Assembly (NCBI RefSeq): GCF_003918875.1
Contig: NW_025767091.1
Span: 1,364,001 to 1,428,000 of the forward strand
Length of the DNA stretch: 64,000 nucleotides
DNA from: Haliotis rubra
Lineage: Eukaryota
Direction of reading: 5' to 3'
Positions 37,792 through 51,428 of the stretch are shown here, in pieces; positions within the stretch are counted from its first letter, which is position 1, and each line of letters begins with the position of its first letter. Made by a program: the position numbers and the translations under genes. The notes below the pieces were generated by a model. The model searched no databases. It worked only from the letters and a program-made list of their open reading frames with translations, and was not told the origin of the DNA.

Positions 37792-38321
37792 TTTACTACA
37801 GGAGCTTGTACCAAAGACTCCTCTGCTAGATGCTTTCAACAACAAAAAAAAAAAAAAAAACACTGGCCAAAGTTTCACAAAGTAGTAACAGTACAACTGT
37901 CATAAGTCTATGTTTCACAATAGCTGAAATCACAAGATCACTTTGTGAAAATGGGCTTGGTGTTTGTGAAAATCAAAGTGACAATACACTTGAGTAGTGC
38001 CTATTGTTAGGAAAGGTCGATGTCACAATACAGTTACACAAAGAGTAAATTAATGAATGTCTATATATTCTAGGTTATTTTAGTTTTATCAAACTGTTAT
38101 ATTGCTGTAATCAGCATCGTTTGACACAGTCAGTAGTTTGCTGATGGAGATGATAGTGAAGTTGAAAGATTATTCTACTCCTAGAGTATGACTATCACAC
38201 ATAAATAACATCTGGAATGGAGTTTGAATTTGTTTAACTTGTTCTCTGTCTATGAAATGTCTCAAAGTTCATCCCGTAATCCTAACAAATCTAATCCAAA
38301 TGTACGGTCCATTGTAAGATT

Positions 38322-38490
38322 CTGACTGACTGACTGAGTTTGGTTTTACGCTGCTTTTAGCAATATTCCAGCAACATCACGGCGGGGGACACCAGAAATG
38401 GGCTTCACACAATGTACCCATGTGGGGATTCGAACCCGGGTCTTCGGCATGACGAGCCAACGCTTTAACCACTAGGCAACCCCACCGCCC
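38322..38490 (-). mobile_element. Young full-length SINE family A with TSD
   Basis: TSD tgtaagattctga; B box gggttcgaatcc intact. Confidence 0.93.
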
Positions 38491-38961
38491 TGTAAGATTC
38501 TGATCATAAGTTGGCATCCATGGATCGTTATCAAACAGTGATGCTAAAAGGTGAATCACTGGTGACATCTATCACAAACACATGAGAAGGCAAGGCACTT
38601 ATTCAACCAAAAGGACATGGGAGCACATGGTACAAGCATGGCCTTCTTAGGAATTATCAATCATCAAAGTTCTGTATCTCAGCACTGATTTGAAGTACAC
38701 CAGAGATATCTGAAAGTGACTACCATTCTGCAGAAACATATTTAGAAACTTGTCCAACATCAATTTTTCCGCATAAAGATACTATCACGTTCAGAATTGA
38801 TCTGAACAAGGTAAGCATATGTTGTAACAGTGGGAAAACTACTAGTGCTGGCTAAATCAGACTTATTATCACCAATCCATTCTCCTTAAAATACACTCTA
38901 ACTTAATTGACAACTCTTAGCTAGTTGCTGAGACGCTGGTATCCTAATAGGAGCTACTTAC

Positions 38962-39027
38962 CTGACAACATTCCAATATGGCTGCCATGATATACAGCCC
39001 AATAAAAGTAGGTAAGGTCACACCAAG
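38962..39027 (-). CDS. Candidate 66-nt exon encoding a hydrophobic helix plus di-Cys (LGVTLPTFIGLYIMAAILECCQ)
   Basis: aaatttattgcag | 22 open codons | CAG/gtaagt consensus donor; phase 0-0. Confidence 0.6.
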
Positions 39028-39240
39028 CTGCAATAAATTTAATGCTCTCTCACACCCACTCACAATAACTCATTGCTAACTACAACGAGATGGAGGTAAT
39101 CTTAAATGTCATGGCCAGCTACTACTGTAGTTTACTAAAACAAAGCCGTGATTATTGGGTAAAATTTCACACAATTCCCTTAGACATTGTCAACAACTCA
39201 AACAGTATATTGGTAGAGGTGAATCAGCATGATGTTTATA

Positions 39241-39357
39241 TGACTGACTAACTGAGTTTGGTTTTACGCTGCTTTTAGCAATATTCCAGCAACATCACGG
39301 CGGGGGACACCAGAAGAGGGCTTCACACATTGTACCCATGTGGGGATTCGAACCCGG
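39241..39357 (-). mobile_element. 5'-truncated SINE family A with TSD
   Basis: TSD gatgtttatatga. Confidence 0.9.
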
Positions 39358-39984
39358 ATGTTTATATGAATTGGTGCTACTGAACTGTCTGTAAAGTTTT
39401 GCCTAAACTGTCAATGACCCTTACCTCACAGGCTTTCCACGCACCAGGAAGATAAGCATGCTTACCATTAAAAACAAGTCACATGTTTGTTTGTCACAGT
39501 GTCCAAACAATTGGAAGTGATGAATTAAAGCACCAAAATGGCCACCATTCAACAACAACTATACAGGTCTGGTTTGGTGGGGTAGCCCAGTGTTTAAAGT
39601 GTTCGCTCATCACGCCGAATGCCTGGGTTCAATTCCCCACATGGGCAGTGAAACAGTCTATTGGTAGAGGTGAACCAGCTTGATGATTATATGAATTGGT
39701 GTTACAGAAATGAATAACGTATTGCCATACATCTCAAGGTAGCCATTTTCCTCGATCACTTTTCAAACCAAAGTATCAATACAAGTTGTCATTTAGAAAG
39801 TGCTCAAATGCAACATATGTAATATGTGGAATAACACTTTCTCAGTAAAGTACAGAGTTGAGCCATGTCTGGGATTTGAACCCACACTTTCAGAGTAAGA
39901 AACCAGCATTATGACAAATGAAGTAATGTTAATCTGAAGTTGTAGTATCCCTTGGTAATCAACTCACTGGCAGGTTTTAAATTA

Positions 39985-40370
39985 GCATAATGGTGAACTG
40001 GATGAATGAACAAAGTGTAATTAGATGACTTAACAATGGTGAACTGGATGAATTAACAATGGGTACCTGGATGACTTCACAATGGTGAACTGGATGAATT
40101 AACAATGGGTAACTGGATGAATCCACGATAAACTTGATGAATGAGCAATGGGTAGCTCGATCAATCCACAAAGATAAACTGGATGAATAAATAATGAGTA
40201 ACTGGATGAATTCATGATAAATTTGATGAATGAACAATGGGTAACTCGATGAATTCACAAAAATAAACTGGATGAATAAACAATGGGTAACTCGATGAAT
40301 TAACAAAGATAAACTGGATGAATGAACAATGGGTAACTGGATGAATTAACAAAGATAAACTGGAAAGATT
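39985..40370. repeat. Minisatellite, 23-bp unit (alternating dimers)
   Basis: aacaatgggtaactggatgaatg alternating with cacaaagataaactggatgaata. Confidence 0.9.
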
Positions 40371-41722
40371 AACATATATTTTCATTCCGATGAACAACAG
40401 GCGCCATCTATGAGAAAGAGATGCTACATTGTACGTGACAATACAATTCAAAAACAGAGGCAGAATACATCTGTGGAAGCCATGTCAATGATATAAATAG
40501 GCCGCCATCTTTGTCTGGCCTTTAGAACTGGGTCACTTCCATACAACTGCCACTATGTATAGCCAGCGTGGGAGTCGAGGAACAAAATGTTAAAGAGGAG
40601 ATCACTAGATTACCGAAACTTATTACATGGCTGAAATGTTATCACAGAAACAAACATTACGATGTGTATAAGTTTAGTATAGTGTCATGGTTCGGAATGA
40701 GGCTATGTATAACAATGTCAACTGGAGCATATCTCAATGGTTCTATTTTCCAACCAAATAAATGCCAATTAATGCTAATAAGAATTAAAGAGTTATGATC
40801 TCCTTAAGGACTGTTCCGCTCAAGTCTGGATGGTGGCGTGGGGTTTGAGGTGGGTGGTCCAGGACAAAAAATATGAAGTCACACAAGTTTGTTCATGTTA
40901 TCCTGTATCAAAAAAAGTTACAACAATTTTTTGAAAACCTTTAAGCAGGCAGTTTTTAACTAATTGTAGATTAGTTCCAATCCAACAAAATGATAATACT
41001 AGGCCTGTACAAACATAAAACGGTCAGGTACTGAGATATCTCTTTTAAACTCTTACCAGTTTATACTGACAAAGTAAAACAAACACCCATGAACCCATTA
41101 TAATTAAGAGGTAACAGTACAAATAACAGAAGAATGTGCTGCATTACACTGTGAGAGTTATCTCCCATAACTGTTACTGGATCCAATGATATATATAATT
41201 TTCTTGAACACAAATACATTTCAATTAAGATGAGAATGACGAGATCTGAGATTCAGAACACATGAAGATCTAGACTTCCTCCAGGGCTACTGGAAGACAG
41301 TACATGCTCCACAGATGAACTGTGTATTAATGCATACTTGGTCTCATCACCATATGGCCGGAAAAAATGCTGAGGTGATGTAAAGTCCAACTCACCACGG
41401 AGAAAGTGTGTTCGGAGACTGTGAGTTATCTCCTATAGGTGTGTTTGGATCTAATGCTCCTAGATTCTGTTTCCAGATAGATCCCAATTTGTCAATAGTC
41501 AGTACATAGCCAGTGCATGTTACTTTAATAAAAAGCATTACAACTGCAGCAATCTATAATGTAGAGTTGAGGACTTCTTCACACATCTAGCTGACTGGCT
41601 GTTAAGTGACAAATATACTGTTCAATGTAGCACTAAACCTAACCCACTCACTCACCCTACAATAGGAACTATTTCATGAACTTGTCAGGTTAACAAAAAA
41701 AACGATGAAAATATATATACTG

Positions 41723-41900
41723 NNNNNNNNNNNNNNNNNNNNNNNNNNNNNNNNNNNNNNNNNNNNNNNNNNNNNNNNNNNNNNNNNNNNNNNNNNNNNN
41801 NNNNNNNNNNNNNNNNNNNNNNNNNNNNNNNNNNNNNNNNNNNNNNNNNNNNNNNNNNNNNNNNNNNNNNNNNNNNNNNNNNNNNNNNNNNNNNNNNNNN
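41723..41900. other. Assembly gap
   Basis: Run of N. Confidence 1.
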
Positions 41901-43627
41901 ATCCTTAAACCGCTCAAAGGCGCTTTGGCTCTAAGATGGTCTAGATATCACATAGAGTTCAAGTGCTTCAGCAAAGAGACACGTAGATCTATACAATGAA
42001 ATGGCAGATATAATGAACCATTTTGTCCCAGGCATGTGCTACATATAGAAGCTAATGTGTATAACGAGCTACCGTTATAACGAACTTCAATTAGTGGTCA
42101 GATTGTGTTAGTTATAGCCACAATTTACTGTATATGACACATCACATTTTGTTTTAAGAGTTGATCAAGATCCAATAAACCGGCAGTGCATGTCAGCTGG
42201 TTACTATGACGCTGGCTACTATGACGATGTATTTTTTCTAGTTTTATGGACAAGCCTTCTCTAAATGTTTCAATTTTTTATTTAATTTGAAACCTTTATT
42301 CACAGTTTAAACCAGTGTTCTTAAACTTTCAGTTTACTAGATATTTAAAAGAACCTTATTTAAAAACCCTGACAAATAATTATATTTATTTCTTTTAAAG
42401 AAATACAGTTCTACTTATTGTCAATGGTATATTTGAGTTTTGTTTTCAAATGGTTAACAAAATGATTTATGGTTCCTATTGCACCAAGTACATGTGTACC
42501 CAAGCAAAGGCTTCACACACCATTGGCTGTGAGATAGCCTGTCGATGGAGGTGTTCTCACATCATGGCGAGACCTGGATCTGTTTCCCCATGTGGGTTCA
42601 ATGTGTAAAGCCTGTCAAGATATTGATGGAATATTGCTTAAAGCTAAAAGTGAACCATATTCACTCACTCACTCACTCACTTCACATGACAGAATGACAG
42701 CTAAGGTGTAACATGATCGTTATGAAACATCTTGAATAACAGTTGAAGGTAACAAGATGTACCACTCCAGGAACATGAAGGTTATTGCAACAGGCATATC
42801 TCACAATGTTCAACACTATAGGTTATCTCTTGAAATTTGCTAACAGGTGCATTTTGCAGCAGTGTAATAAGGGAAGTAACTCTTTGCACTTTGCCGATCC
42901 AAAATTCTGAAGCATTGAACGACTTGAGGCGTATCAATTTTCGGAATCAGCTTTTATTTATGTGATAGTCTCACATCAGCACAAAATCTTGGCAGCCTCG
43001 TTAATATATTTAAAAGCTGCCTTTTCTAATAAATCCTTTTATAACTTTGAACCACCAGCTAATTGGAAATATATTCAGCTAATCACCAACCCACTTGTCA
43101 ACTGACTTCACAAGACTCCTATGCTAATTAGCAGCTTCATGCTTTTTACATGATTTACAATTTATCAATGGCAGTAATTAAGTTTGTATTTAGGTAAAAT
43201 ATTTCCAGTGAAAAAGAATGTTTGGTATTGGTAATATGAAAACGTGTCTCTAGATACGAAGATATTTGAAATATTTCGAATCCAAGAAAAGAGCTCTTTT
43301 AAAAAACAAATGTCTTGTCAAATTTAGAGACATGTATATCATGATTAGCCTCTATACGATAGCCATTTGCTGCCTGTCAATGTAGCGATTCCCATGGAAC
43401 TATTTCCAACCAGACGAGGTGCACAAGCATGCATCTGCAAAACAACATCTGGCAGCAAGTTATTTTAGCTGCTTTCAAATCCTGTGTGGCTTATATTTTG
43501 GTCATAGAGGTTTTCACTTTCGTTGCTGTCCAGTTAATTTACTATCTAGTTATATTAAACAAACATAATACAAAAAGTTTCCCAAGATATGCATACTCAA
43601 GAAAGGTAAGGAATCATGCATAGTTTG

Positions 43628-43780
43628 GAGTGAGTGAGTGACTTTTAGCCATTTTTCAGCAATATTGCAGTGGGGGGACACCAGAAATGGGCTTCACACA
43701 TTGTACCCACTTGGAAAAGTGAACCCGGGTCTTTGGCATGACGAGCAAACGCATTAACCACTAGGCTACCCCATTGCCCT
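43628..43780 (-). mobile_element. SINE family A
   Basis: Reverse complement of the family A consensus. Confidence 0.85.
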
Positions 43781-44259
43781 GCAGGCTATTTTTATGAAAC
43801 TGTGTGTGCTCTGTTTTCAATATAAAAGAATGACCCAAAATATTCATGATCCCTTTACCCTTTTTTGTTCAGTATAGTATATCATTAGAAAAACAATTAT
43901 CCTGAGTATCATACTGACATTCTATCAAGACAATACTATGGACCTATTTGCGACCATACCATGTTCTCACTTAGCAGAGAATTAGTCAAACCGTTCAATC
44001 TACAAACAATAAATATTCCGCTGTAAACTCAAGTTCAGCATGTGTATAGCTTTAAATGAGTCCATTTGATTTAATCAGAAGAATGTTGGAAACGTTTATG
44101 CCACAAGACATTCTTGGCGTATCAGGGGTAATATTGTGCTGTGCTGTGCTATTCATTGTTAGCTCTATGAGAATACCTAGTGTGGAGCTTGGTGCTATAT
44201 AAATGAACACATATTATATTATTGTATGTGAAATAGCTGAGTAAGGATGAGCTGAACAC

Positions 44260-44771
44260 TAGTGCTGATATTGGCATACAACCTGTGATACCATATGAAT
44301 CACGATACAAGGGTGGTGATATGATACGTATCATGATGCTAAAATCTTTAATTCTAACACCGACTAAAAAACACCTTAAGATATAAAAAAAACTATTTAA
44401 AAGTATTTCGTCAAATTCCACCAGCAGTTTTCAATGTTCATTCGGAAATGAGATAATTAAGTTTATACACAGACTTTGTGAATGTTAATAAAATGCGAGC
44501 GCTATGTTTTACACAGTTCTTGGCACAAGAATTTCCGAGAAACTTATGAAGGGAAGATAAGTATACATATATTTTAATCATCAAACAAAGGTAAGTCTTT
44601 CTTGACACTATATCGAGATTCGGCAATATTCAATGTAAAACATCTATGTATCGTGACCCATTTGAAGTATCGTATCGGGATATATGACAATGTAAAACTT
44701 TGTATCGATTCACTGTATCGGCAGCACATGGATAGATGCATCGATGCGTATCGATGAATCGCACACCACTA
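44260..44771. mobile_element. hAT-like MITE
   Basis: tagtg...cacta ends, perfect 8-bp TSD ctgaacac, subterminal atcgat/gatac motifs like those at 21041-21438. Confidence 0.75.
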
Positions 44772-45965
44772 CTGAACACTGGTGATACATAAAGTTCCGC
44801 ATGTTTCAATCATAAAGCAACTAAGTAATTTGACTGCACAATGATGTGTCATAATACTGGTGCATAAGTGGGGCAGCAATTCTCTGTATCATCATCATCA
44901 TCATCGAAGGTGCAACAATTCGTTCACTGTGTTGAGTTGCATCTCTAAGGTATGCCACAAAACCATGCACTGTGGACTTTACCATATTCGTACACATCTG
45001 AGAGCTGCATCACTTTACTTTGGACTTTACTGACATGCCATGATATAACTAGAATTGGACTTTACTGACATGCCATGATATAACTAGAATATTGTACAAC
45101 GCAGTGTTAAACCCAACACACTGACCCACTGTGATGCAGTAGAGACTGGTGTATACTTCATGTGGAAATGAGTGGTAGCAAATGATTGAAGTGCCAGTAA
45201 AATGCCAATTGCTAAGTTTAAGATTCAGAGTTATTGCCCTTTTTACATGAACATGGCAGATATTCTGGTTACAACGCTGAATGACCTTGGGACGCGATCA
45301 CAATGGTTTTACGTCACACAAAGTATCAAGCTCAAATGCACTATCATGCAGTCACAGGCATTCAAATAGGACTGCTCACAAGTTTCATCCAGAAATGTTG
45401 CGCAACCCTCATTTTCAGTTAAGTCCACATTGTCTTCATGAAAATATATAAAAGCAAAAGAAACCCCTTAAAATCCAAAATCACCAAAAGGCACCACAAC
45501 AATGCAAGACTGATCTGTACAGTAAGTTTCCTCCTGGAACATTCAACTGTTTGGGAGTTATGCTCCAGAATAATGCACAACTATAACATTCAGGATAATA
45601 CTAACCTGTCATTATGAAAAAAATATAGAAATAAAAGAAGTAAAAATCCCAAATCATCAAATGTTCACCACTAGCCTGATGTGTGCAATAAGTTTAAGTC
45701 ATTCTACAAGAAATAGTCAATGGTTTCAGAGTTTTACAAGTCATGCTTCAGAAATGGAAAACAAATGGCAACCAGATGGACAGACAGACAAGCTAATCAC
45801 TATATCCCCCAATTTTTTAACCAAGAGGATTAAAATGACATAAACAATTTACTTAAAATACAGGTAGTTTATTGTCCTACCTCAGTGTCGGTATACCTTG
45901 GGTCCCTGAAGGTTAGTGTGTCCGCTATGCTCTAGTTTTAATTAAGGTGTGTACGAGGGAGGCAG

Positions 45966-46155
45966 TAGACTAACGCTTAGTCTCTGAATATATAATTTTG
46001 ATTGTAACAAATAAACCCAATTAAATTGAAAAGGAGCCAAAGGCAGACCAGAGATCCTGTGGAAATCTAGACTTGCTTCATTTAGGACTTTAGCACTGCA
46101 GGGAGGGCTAGGCAGTAGGGAAAATAATGTGGTTCAGGGACTGTGAGACGGGCTA
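45966..46155 (+). mobile_element. TAG..CTA mini-element, copy 3
   Basis: TSD gggaggcag at 45957-45965 and 46156-46164. Confidence 0.78.
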
Positions 46156-46612
46156 GGGAGGCAGGTGAGAGACTGCTTGGGCCATCTTAATTCACACAGC
46201 CCATCAAACATCTCTAACTGAGGGTGTTTAATTTCCAGATGTCCAAAATGTCATGCATACCAAGAAGTAGATTGCGCAAGAAACTCACATATGGGTCAGA
46301 GTGTACTTTATTAGACAGGTGAGACTCACAGGTAGATATCGTCAGCACAGGGGAATTGTTCCCATTGTTTCATGGGTGTTCAAAGCTAGAATCCCAAGAT
46401 GCAGAAAACCAGCAACAAAATTCTTTCATGGTTATATCTAAATGAACTTTTGAACAATACAATAGTATAATATAAACAATATACAAAATTCTGCTCAAAC
46501 ACTTAGCAATGTTATCCAAAAAGATTGTCTGGCCTTTGGACAAAAAACAAATTTTCATTTCACATCAGCAATATAACAGGTTTGAATGCTTTCATTATTG
46601 TCTTAATATAAG

Positions 46613-46857
46613 GAGTGAGTGAGTTTAGTTTTACACCACACTCAGCAATATTCCAGCTATATGGCGATGGTTTGTAAATAATCGAGTCTGGGCCAGACAA
46701 TCCAGTGATCAACATCATGAGCATCCGTCTGCGCAATTCGGAAACGATGACATGTGTCAACCAAGTCAGCGAGCCTGACCACCCGATCCCACTAGTCGCC
46801 TCTTATGACAAGCATGGGTTACTGAAGATCAATTCTAACCCAGACCTTCACAGGTCT
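46613..46857 (-). mobile_element. SINE family B with TSD
   Basis: Flanking repeat gtcttaatataagga. Confidence 0.92.
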
Positions 46858-48566
46858 TAATATAAGGAAGGAATTAAGGCACACTTGAGCAAACTACACA
46901 ATATATAGGCCCCTGCTTACAGCCAACTTGTCTTCATTGCCATTAAGCTACTTTAATAACTAAATAAGTTAAGGTTAAGGAGCATCAATACATGTACAGT
47001 CATCACCATAACTCGTGTCTTGGGAGTCCATGTACAACAGGAACACTCTCATGCAGCGCCGCGCTACACACGCATGCACGCACAAGCACACGCAGCACGC
47101 ACCACAGGCAGAACGCAGGCACGCAGGCACGCACACCCTCGCATTATTATGAGATTTGTTTGAGTGGCATTTTTAGAAGTTGAGATGTACAATGAAGAAA
47201 AACTTTATGGATAACAACTTGTATATTTTTCATTTTAAGACACCATGTTAAATGTAATACAGAATAAAGGAATATCATATTTTCCATGTGCATTGCATAA
47301 CTGCTATGTTGTGTATTGTGCCCAGTCAAAACTATGTCGTAAAGTCAGAAGTGAACAAACAAACCTTGTTAATTGAAATAGGAAACTTTCACTCAAACAT
47401 CACCAGATGTGATATTTTAATTGTCGATCTTAATCCCTGCAAATAATACAATGCCCAGCAAAAACAACTTGTAACTTAAAAGGTAAATAATCTTGTCTAG
47501 TGATGTTTAATTGCAAATGTGACGTCTCTACTGACAAATTCGTCTTCTGTTGTTTTCACGCGAAGTGATACGATGTTGTTTTCTTACCCCTGGAAAAAAG
47601 TTTGACGAAAGCGTAACCCATGGATAAGACGACCCCCTTCTACAGACTGCTTTTTTTGGTCCTCAAAATTCGGCTTATAGACGGTCATATACAGTAATAT
47701 GGTACCTGTTATTCAACAAAGTCGGAAACAGCTATCCAAAAATATAACTTCAATGAATTTCTGTTCCATTAACAAAATATTCATATCTTAAGCAGTTATT
47801 TCAACAGAGATAATATATATTGCTATTGTGTTAGGCTGCTAGCATAATACAGTTTTACATACATATTTAATACAACATCTAATATACTAGGCTCAGAGCC
47901 TTGCTTATGTAGCTGGATACATGTTACGTATGGGACAGTTTGACAAGTCACAGTTGACTTCCAGTGGTACATACCACTTTGATCACAAAGTGAAAATGTT
48001 TTAGTCTTAGATACTATTCCACTTTTGAAAGGGATATAATTTTCTTCATATCTAACTATCCTTATCAAAAGTTGAGTAATATGCATTTAGTTCAAATTTT
48101 CTAAAATATAATCAGATGCTACACCAACACAACTGCTTTTTAACATGGATCTGTTACTTCTTGTCACTCTTGACAAAGTAATCATGTCCTGCAAAGTGTT
48201 ATCTCAAAATTGTTGTCACGCTGACATTTTGCTTTGTAAACTGGATTTGTACATTTTTGTCTTTTATACAAACTAATCTTCAATATAGTAAACAAATTCC
48301 ATTAATTTGCTGTGAGCTGATGCACAACCTGAATCTTGTGAAAGGAATTAGTGAATATAAATAACCCTGACTCCATACAATTGACTGCTAACATGGTATA
48401 TAGTCCAGGGTCCCAATATTCATGGCACAATGAGTGAGTGAGTGAGTGAGTGAGTGAGTTGGGTGTAATGCTGCTTTTAACAGTATTCCAGTGATATCAT
48501 AGAGTGTCAGCTTGGCAATGGTGAAGTTCTTCTGTTCTGGGAGTGGTATATAGTTAGTTATCTTAC

Positions 48567-48629
48567 CTGTACTTGTTTAGAAGGGTAAACCGCAGCTGAC
48601 TTCTTCACTGGGGCAGCCCTGGTGGTTGG
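48567..48629 (-). CDS. 63-nt coding exon (PTTRAAPVKKSAAVYPSKQVQ)
   Basis: tgtttatattacag | 21 codons, only phase 0 open | CAG/gtaaga; GC-rich island in an AT-rich intron. Confidence 0.75.
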
Positions 48630-48809
48630 CTGTAATATAAACAGTGTTGTTCATTAACAGGATATAAATAGTTTATCACAGTCTTGATCACTAGTGCTAG
48701 AAGTAGGCCTACACATTTCATAGTAAAAGTAAAACTCCCATCATCCTTCAGGAGTGAGTGTGCAAAGGGCCCGTAACTGTGTAAAACAATAATAATGTCT
48801 GGGATCCCT

Positions 48810-48942
48810 CATCCCATTTAGTTCCTGTGTCCCTCCCTCGCCCCATTTCGTTCCTGTGTCCCTTGCCCATTTCGTTCCTGCATTCCTCAACCCATTTCGT
48901 TCCTGTGTCCCTCGCCCCCATTTCGTTCCTGTGTCCCTTGCC
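48810..48942. repeat. Short tandem repeat, ~25 bp x5
   Basis: cccatttcgttcctgtgtccct repeated. Confidence 0.9.
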
Positions 48943-51193
48943 TCATATGGTGACGTACCATATGTCTGTGGCTTGATCTATGCCTATTCCAAAGAATTTA
49001 TTAGTTGTCATTTTCCATGATGCTCTCTATATCTTCTGGGTTGTAAAATGGAAGGATCTCTAAGTCAAACATGCAAGCAGTCCAGTCAACGCCAAGTGGA
49101 TTCAGGATTCAGATTAGTTGCTCTTTACCTCAACACACTGCTCATAACCTCGCAGCAGTGGTCATGCAGAGAGACACCTCTTGAAAACTGAGACTTTGCT
49201 GACTTCATATGGTCCATTTCTGGTGTTGATATGATGGAATATTGCTAAACATGGCGTAAAACCATACTCACTCACTCACTCATTTATATGGCACTTCACC
49301 TGGTTGACACTCATTTCTGTACAGTACAGCAGTACAGGACCATTAAGAAGTTGTTGTTTTTATTGTTCTTTAATACTGCAGTCTGCAACATCACTGCTAG
49401 GTTCAAAGCTAGGACAAGGTTATTCCAGATCTAAGCTGGAATACTCACGTCACAGATACTGCTGACTCAGCATTGAACAATATTCACCTGCTCACACACA
49501 TCAAAGACTGTACATGTTCTTACACGGTACACTATACCACACACATCTTATTATCAAACCAGATTCAAGAAACAAAATATACCAGACCCATTTTCACACA
49601 GCACAAACGTTGCACTATGATCATCAGAAGTGTATGTTAAGTTACAGGAGCTACCATACTCCTTGCGCTACTGTCCCTTTGTGAACAATTCCCAGATTGT
49701 TAACCTGCTGACCCCAATTTGAAAGTCATGTACCGTTAATCTGAGCGTCATATATAACTGATAGAGCACCACAAGCGTATCCAAAAAAGGCTGGATTATT
49801 AAGCCCATGAGATAAGATGGGTCTATGTTCTGCAGTATGCATTAACCTGCTTTGATAACTCCACTTTTTGCAGGCAAAAGAAACTTGTTTAACACACATC
49901 ATGCTGCCTACAGACTCCAAGGATCAGGTCTGGTTTGTTACAGACGTCAAAACTAACATGTCTCCTTGAATTGTCAGTCTTGTACCCAATGGCTGGAGCT
50001 GCTTCTGTGTAAAGGTCATCCTCAGAGACTACACACAAAAGATCTTTACTCTGTAGATGGTGTCCCTGCGTGTGTGACTGCACATGTGATTTATGGAAAG
50101 ATTTCTGTTTTGTTCTCAGACCATTCAATGTCAAAATAAGAAGTTCTCAAACAAACATGAATTGTTTCCTAAATATTGTTGACATTTAAAAATAAATTTG
50201 AATTTCCTAGCTCAAATATGTACAGTTTATTTTCTGCTCAAATTTAAAAAATTAAAATTTCTGTTTACTTGGAACCATAACAGCATTAGTCACAGACCCT
50301 AACACCTGGCTACTTCAAAACGGGGAGGAAAACGGAAACGGTAGAAAAATTACCTCGTTCATATCTCTGCATACTTGGGAGACAGACAACCAACTCAATT
50401 TTCTTCACAGATCTAACAATTAAAATAGCATAGCATATGCATGTTTTCAAACACATTCAGTGGTATTATCAACTTGGAAAGAGCATATCAATTATTAAAA
50501 CATGACTAATCTTTATGTTTTGTACACAAGCAACAAGTCATTTCCTAAAGTAATTAAAAAAATAAAGTTCTTATGTTTCCTGTAATTACGAAATGAGCTG
50601 AATCATCAGATTTAAAAGCATGGTAGCAAGTATGTTTCTCTGCTATGGAACGAAATAACACAAACAAAAAACTTTTGACTTTTTGCAGATTCCTACATGT
50701 ATAAGCAATCTATCTGATAGGGAGTTTTTTAGATTTCCTGTAATTAGAAAAATTAAAATAAATTAGCAGATTTATCTGCAAAAAGGATCTTGTCCCACAT
50801 TTGTGCTTCAAACACAATAAACAAATCCAGAACAACTTGAGATTTCACAGATTTTAGAGCTATTTATCATTTCCTGAACAAATCTGAAGTGTGTGATTCT
50901 TTGCCTTAAACAAAACATCATGTTAGGAAAATAGCATTCAGAGTGATGTGGACCATCTTGAAGCTGGATGTATAGGCATGAGCTTACAAAGGGGCACCTG
51001 TCTACATGTATATATACCACAATCAACAGATACACTGATAACCAAATCCCTGCTATAGTCTGTTTGCAGTGAAAACATACCGATGAATTTCACTTTAAAC
51101 AAAAAAGTAAATCAAATAAAGTGAAATAAATTGCGACTCCTCATAATTTTACCTTGCCAATTCAACATTTAAATCTCAGAATTTTATTCAACA

Positions 51194-51428
51194 TAGGATA
51201 AAAGTTGTTTAACAAACGATCATAGATTCAAATCGCTATTATTGGTTTGTATTACAAGGGGGTAAGCGCAGTAGCTGGAACAGTGAAACAAATGCATGTG
51301 CGGTACGTGATGAGCATTAACTTAGACCAACCCTACTTGTGCTCAGTGTTTCATTTAATGTGTATACCCCTTTGTAATACAAACCAATAATAGCGATTTG
51401 ATCGTTTGTTAAACAACATTTATCCTAC
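51194..51428. mobile_element. Foldback element/MITE
   Basis: Arms of ~65 bp: taggataaa.gttgtttaacaaacgatc..caaatcgctattattggtttgtattacaa and its reverse complement. Confidence 0.75.

Noticed and set aside
41690-41917. ORFs spanning N runs (also 60508-60758)
   Set aside because: Gap artefacts.
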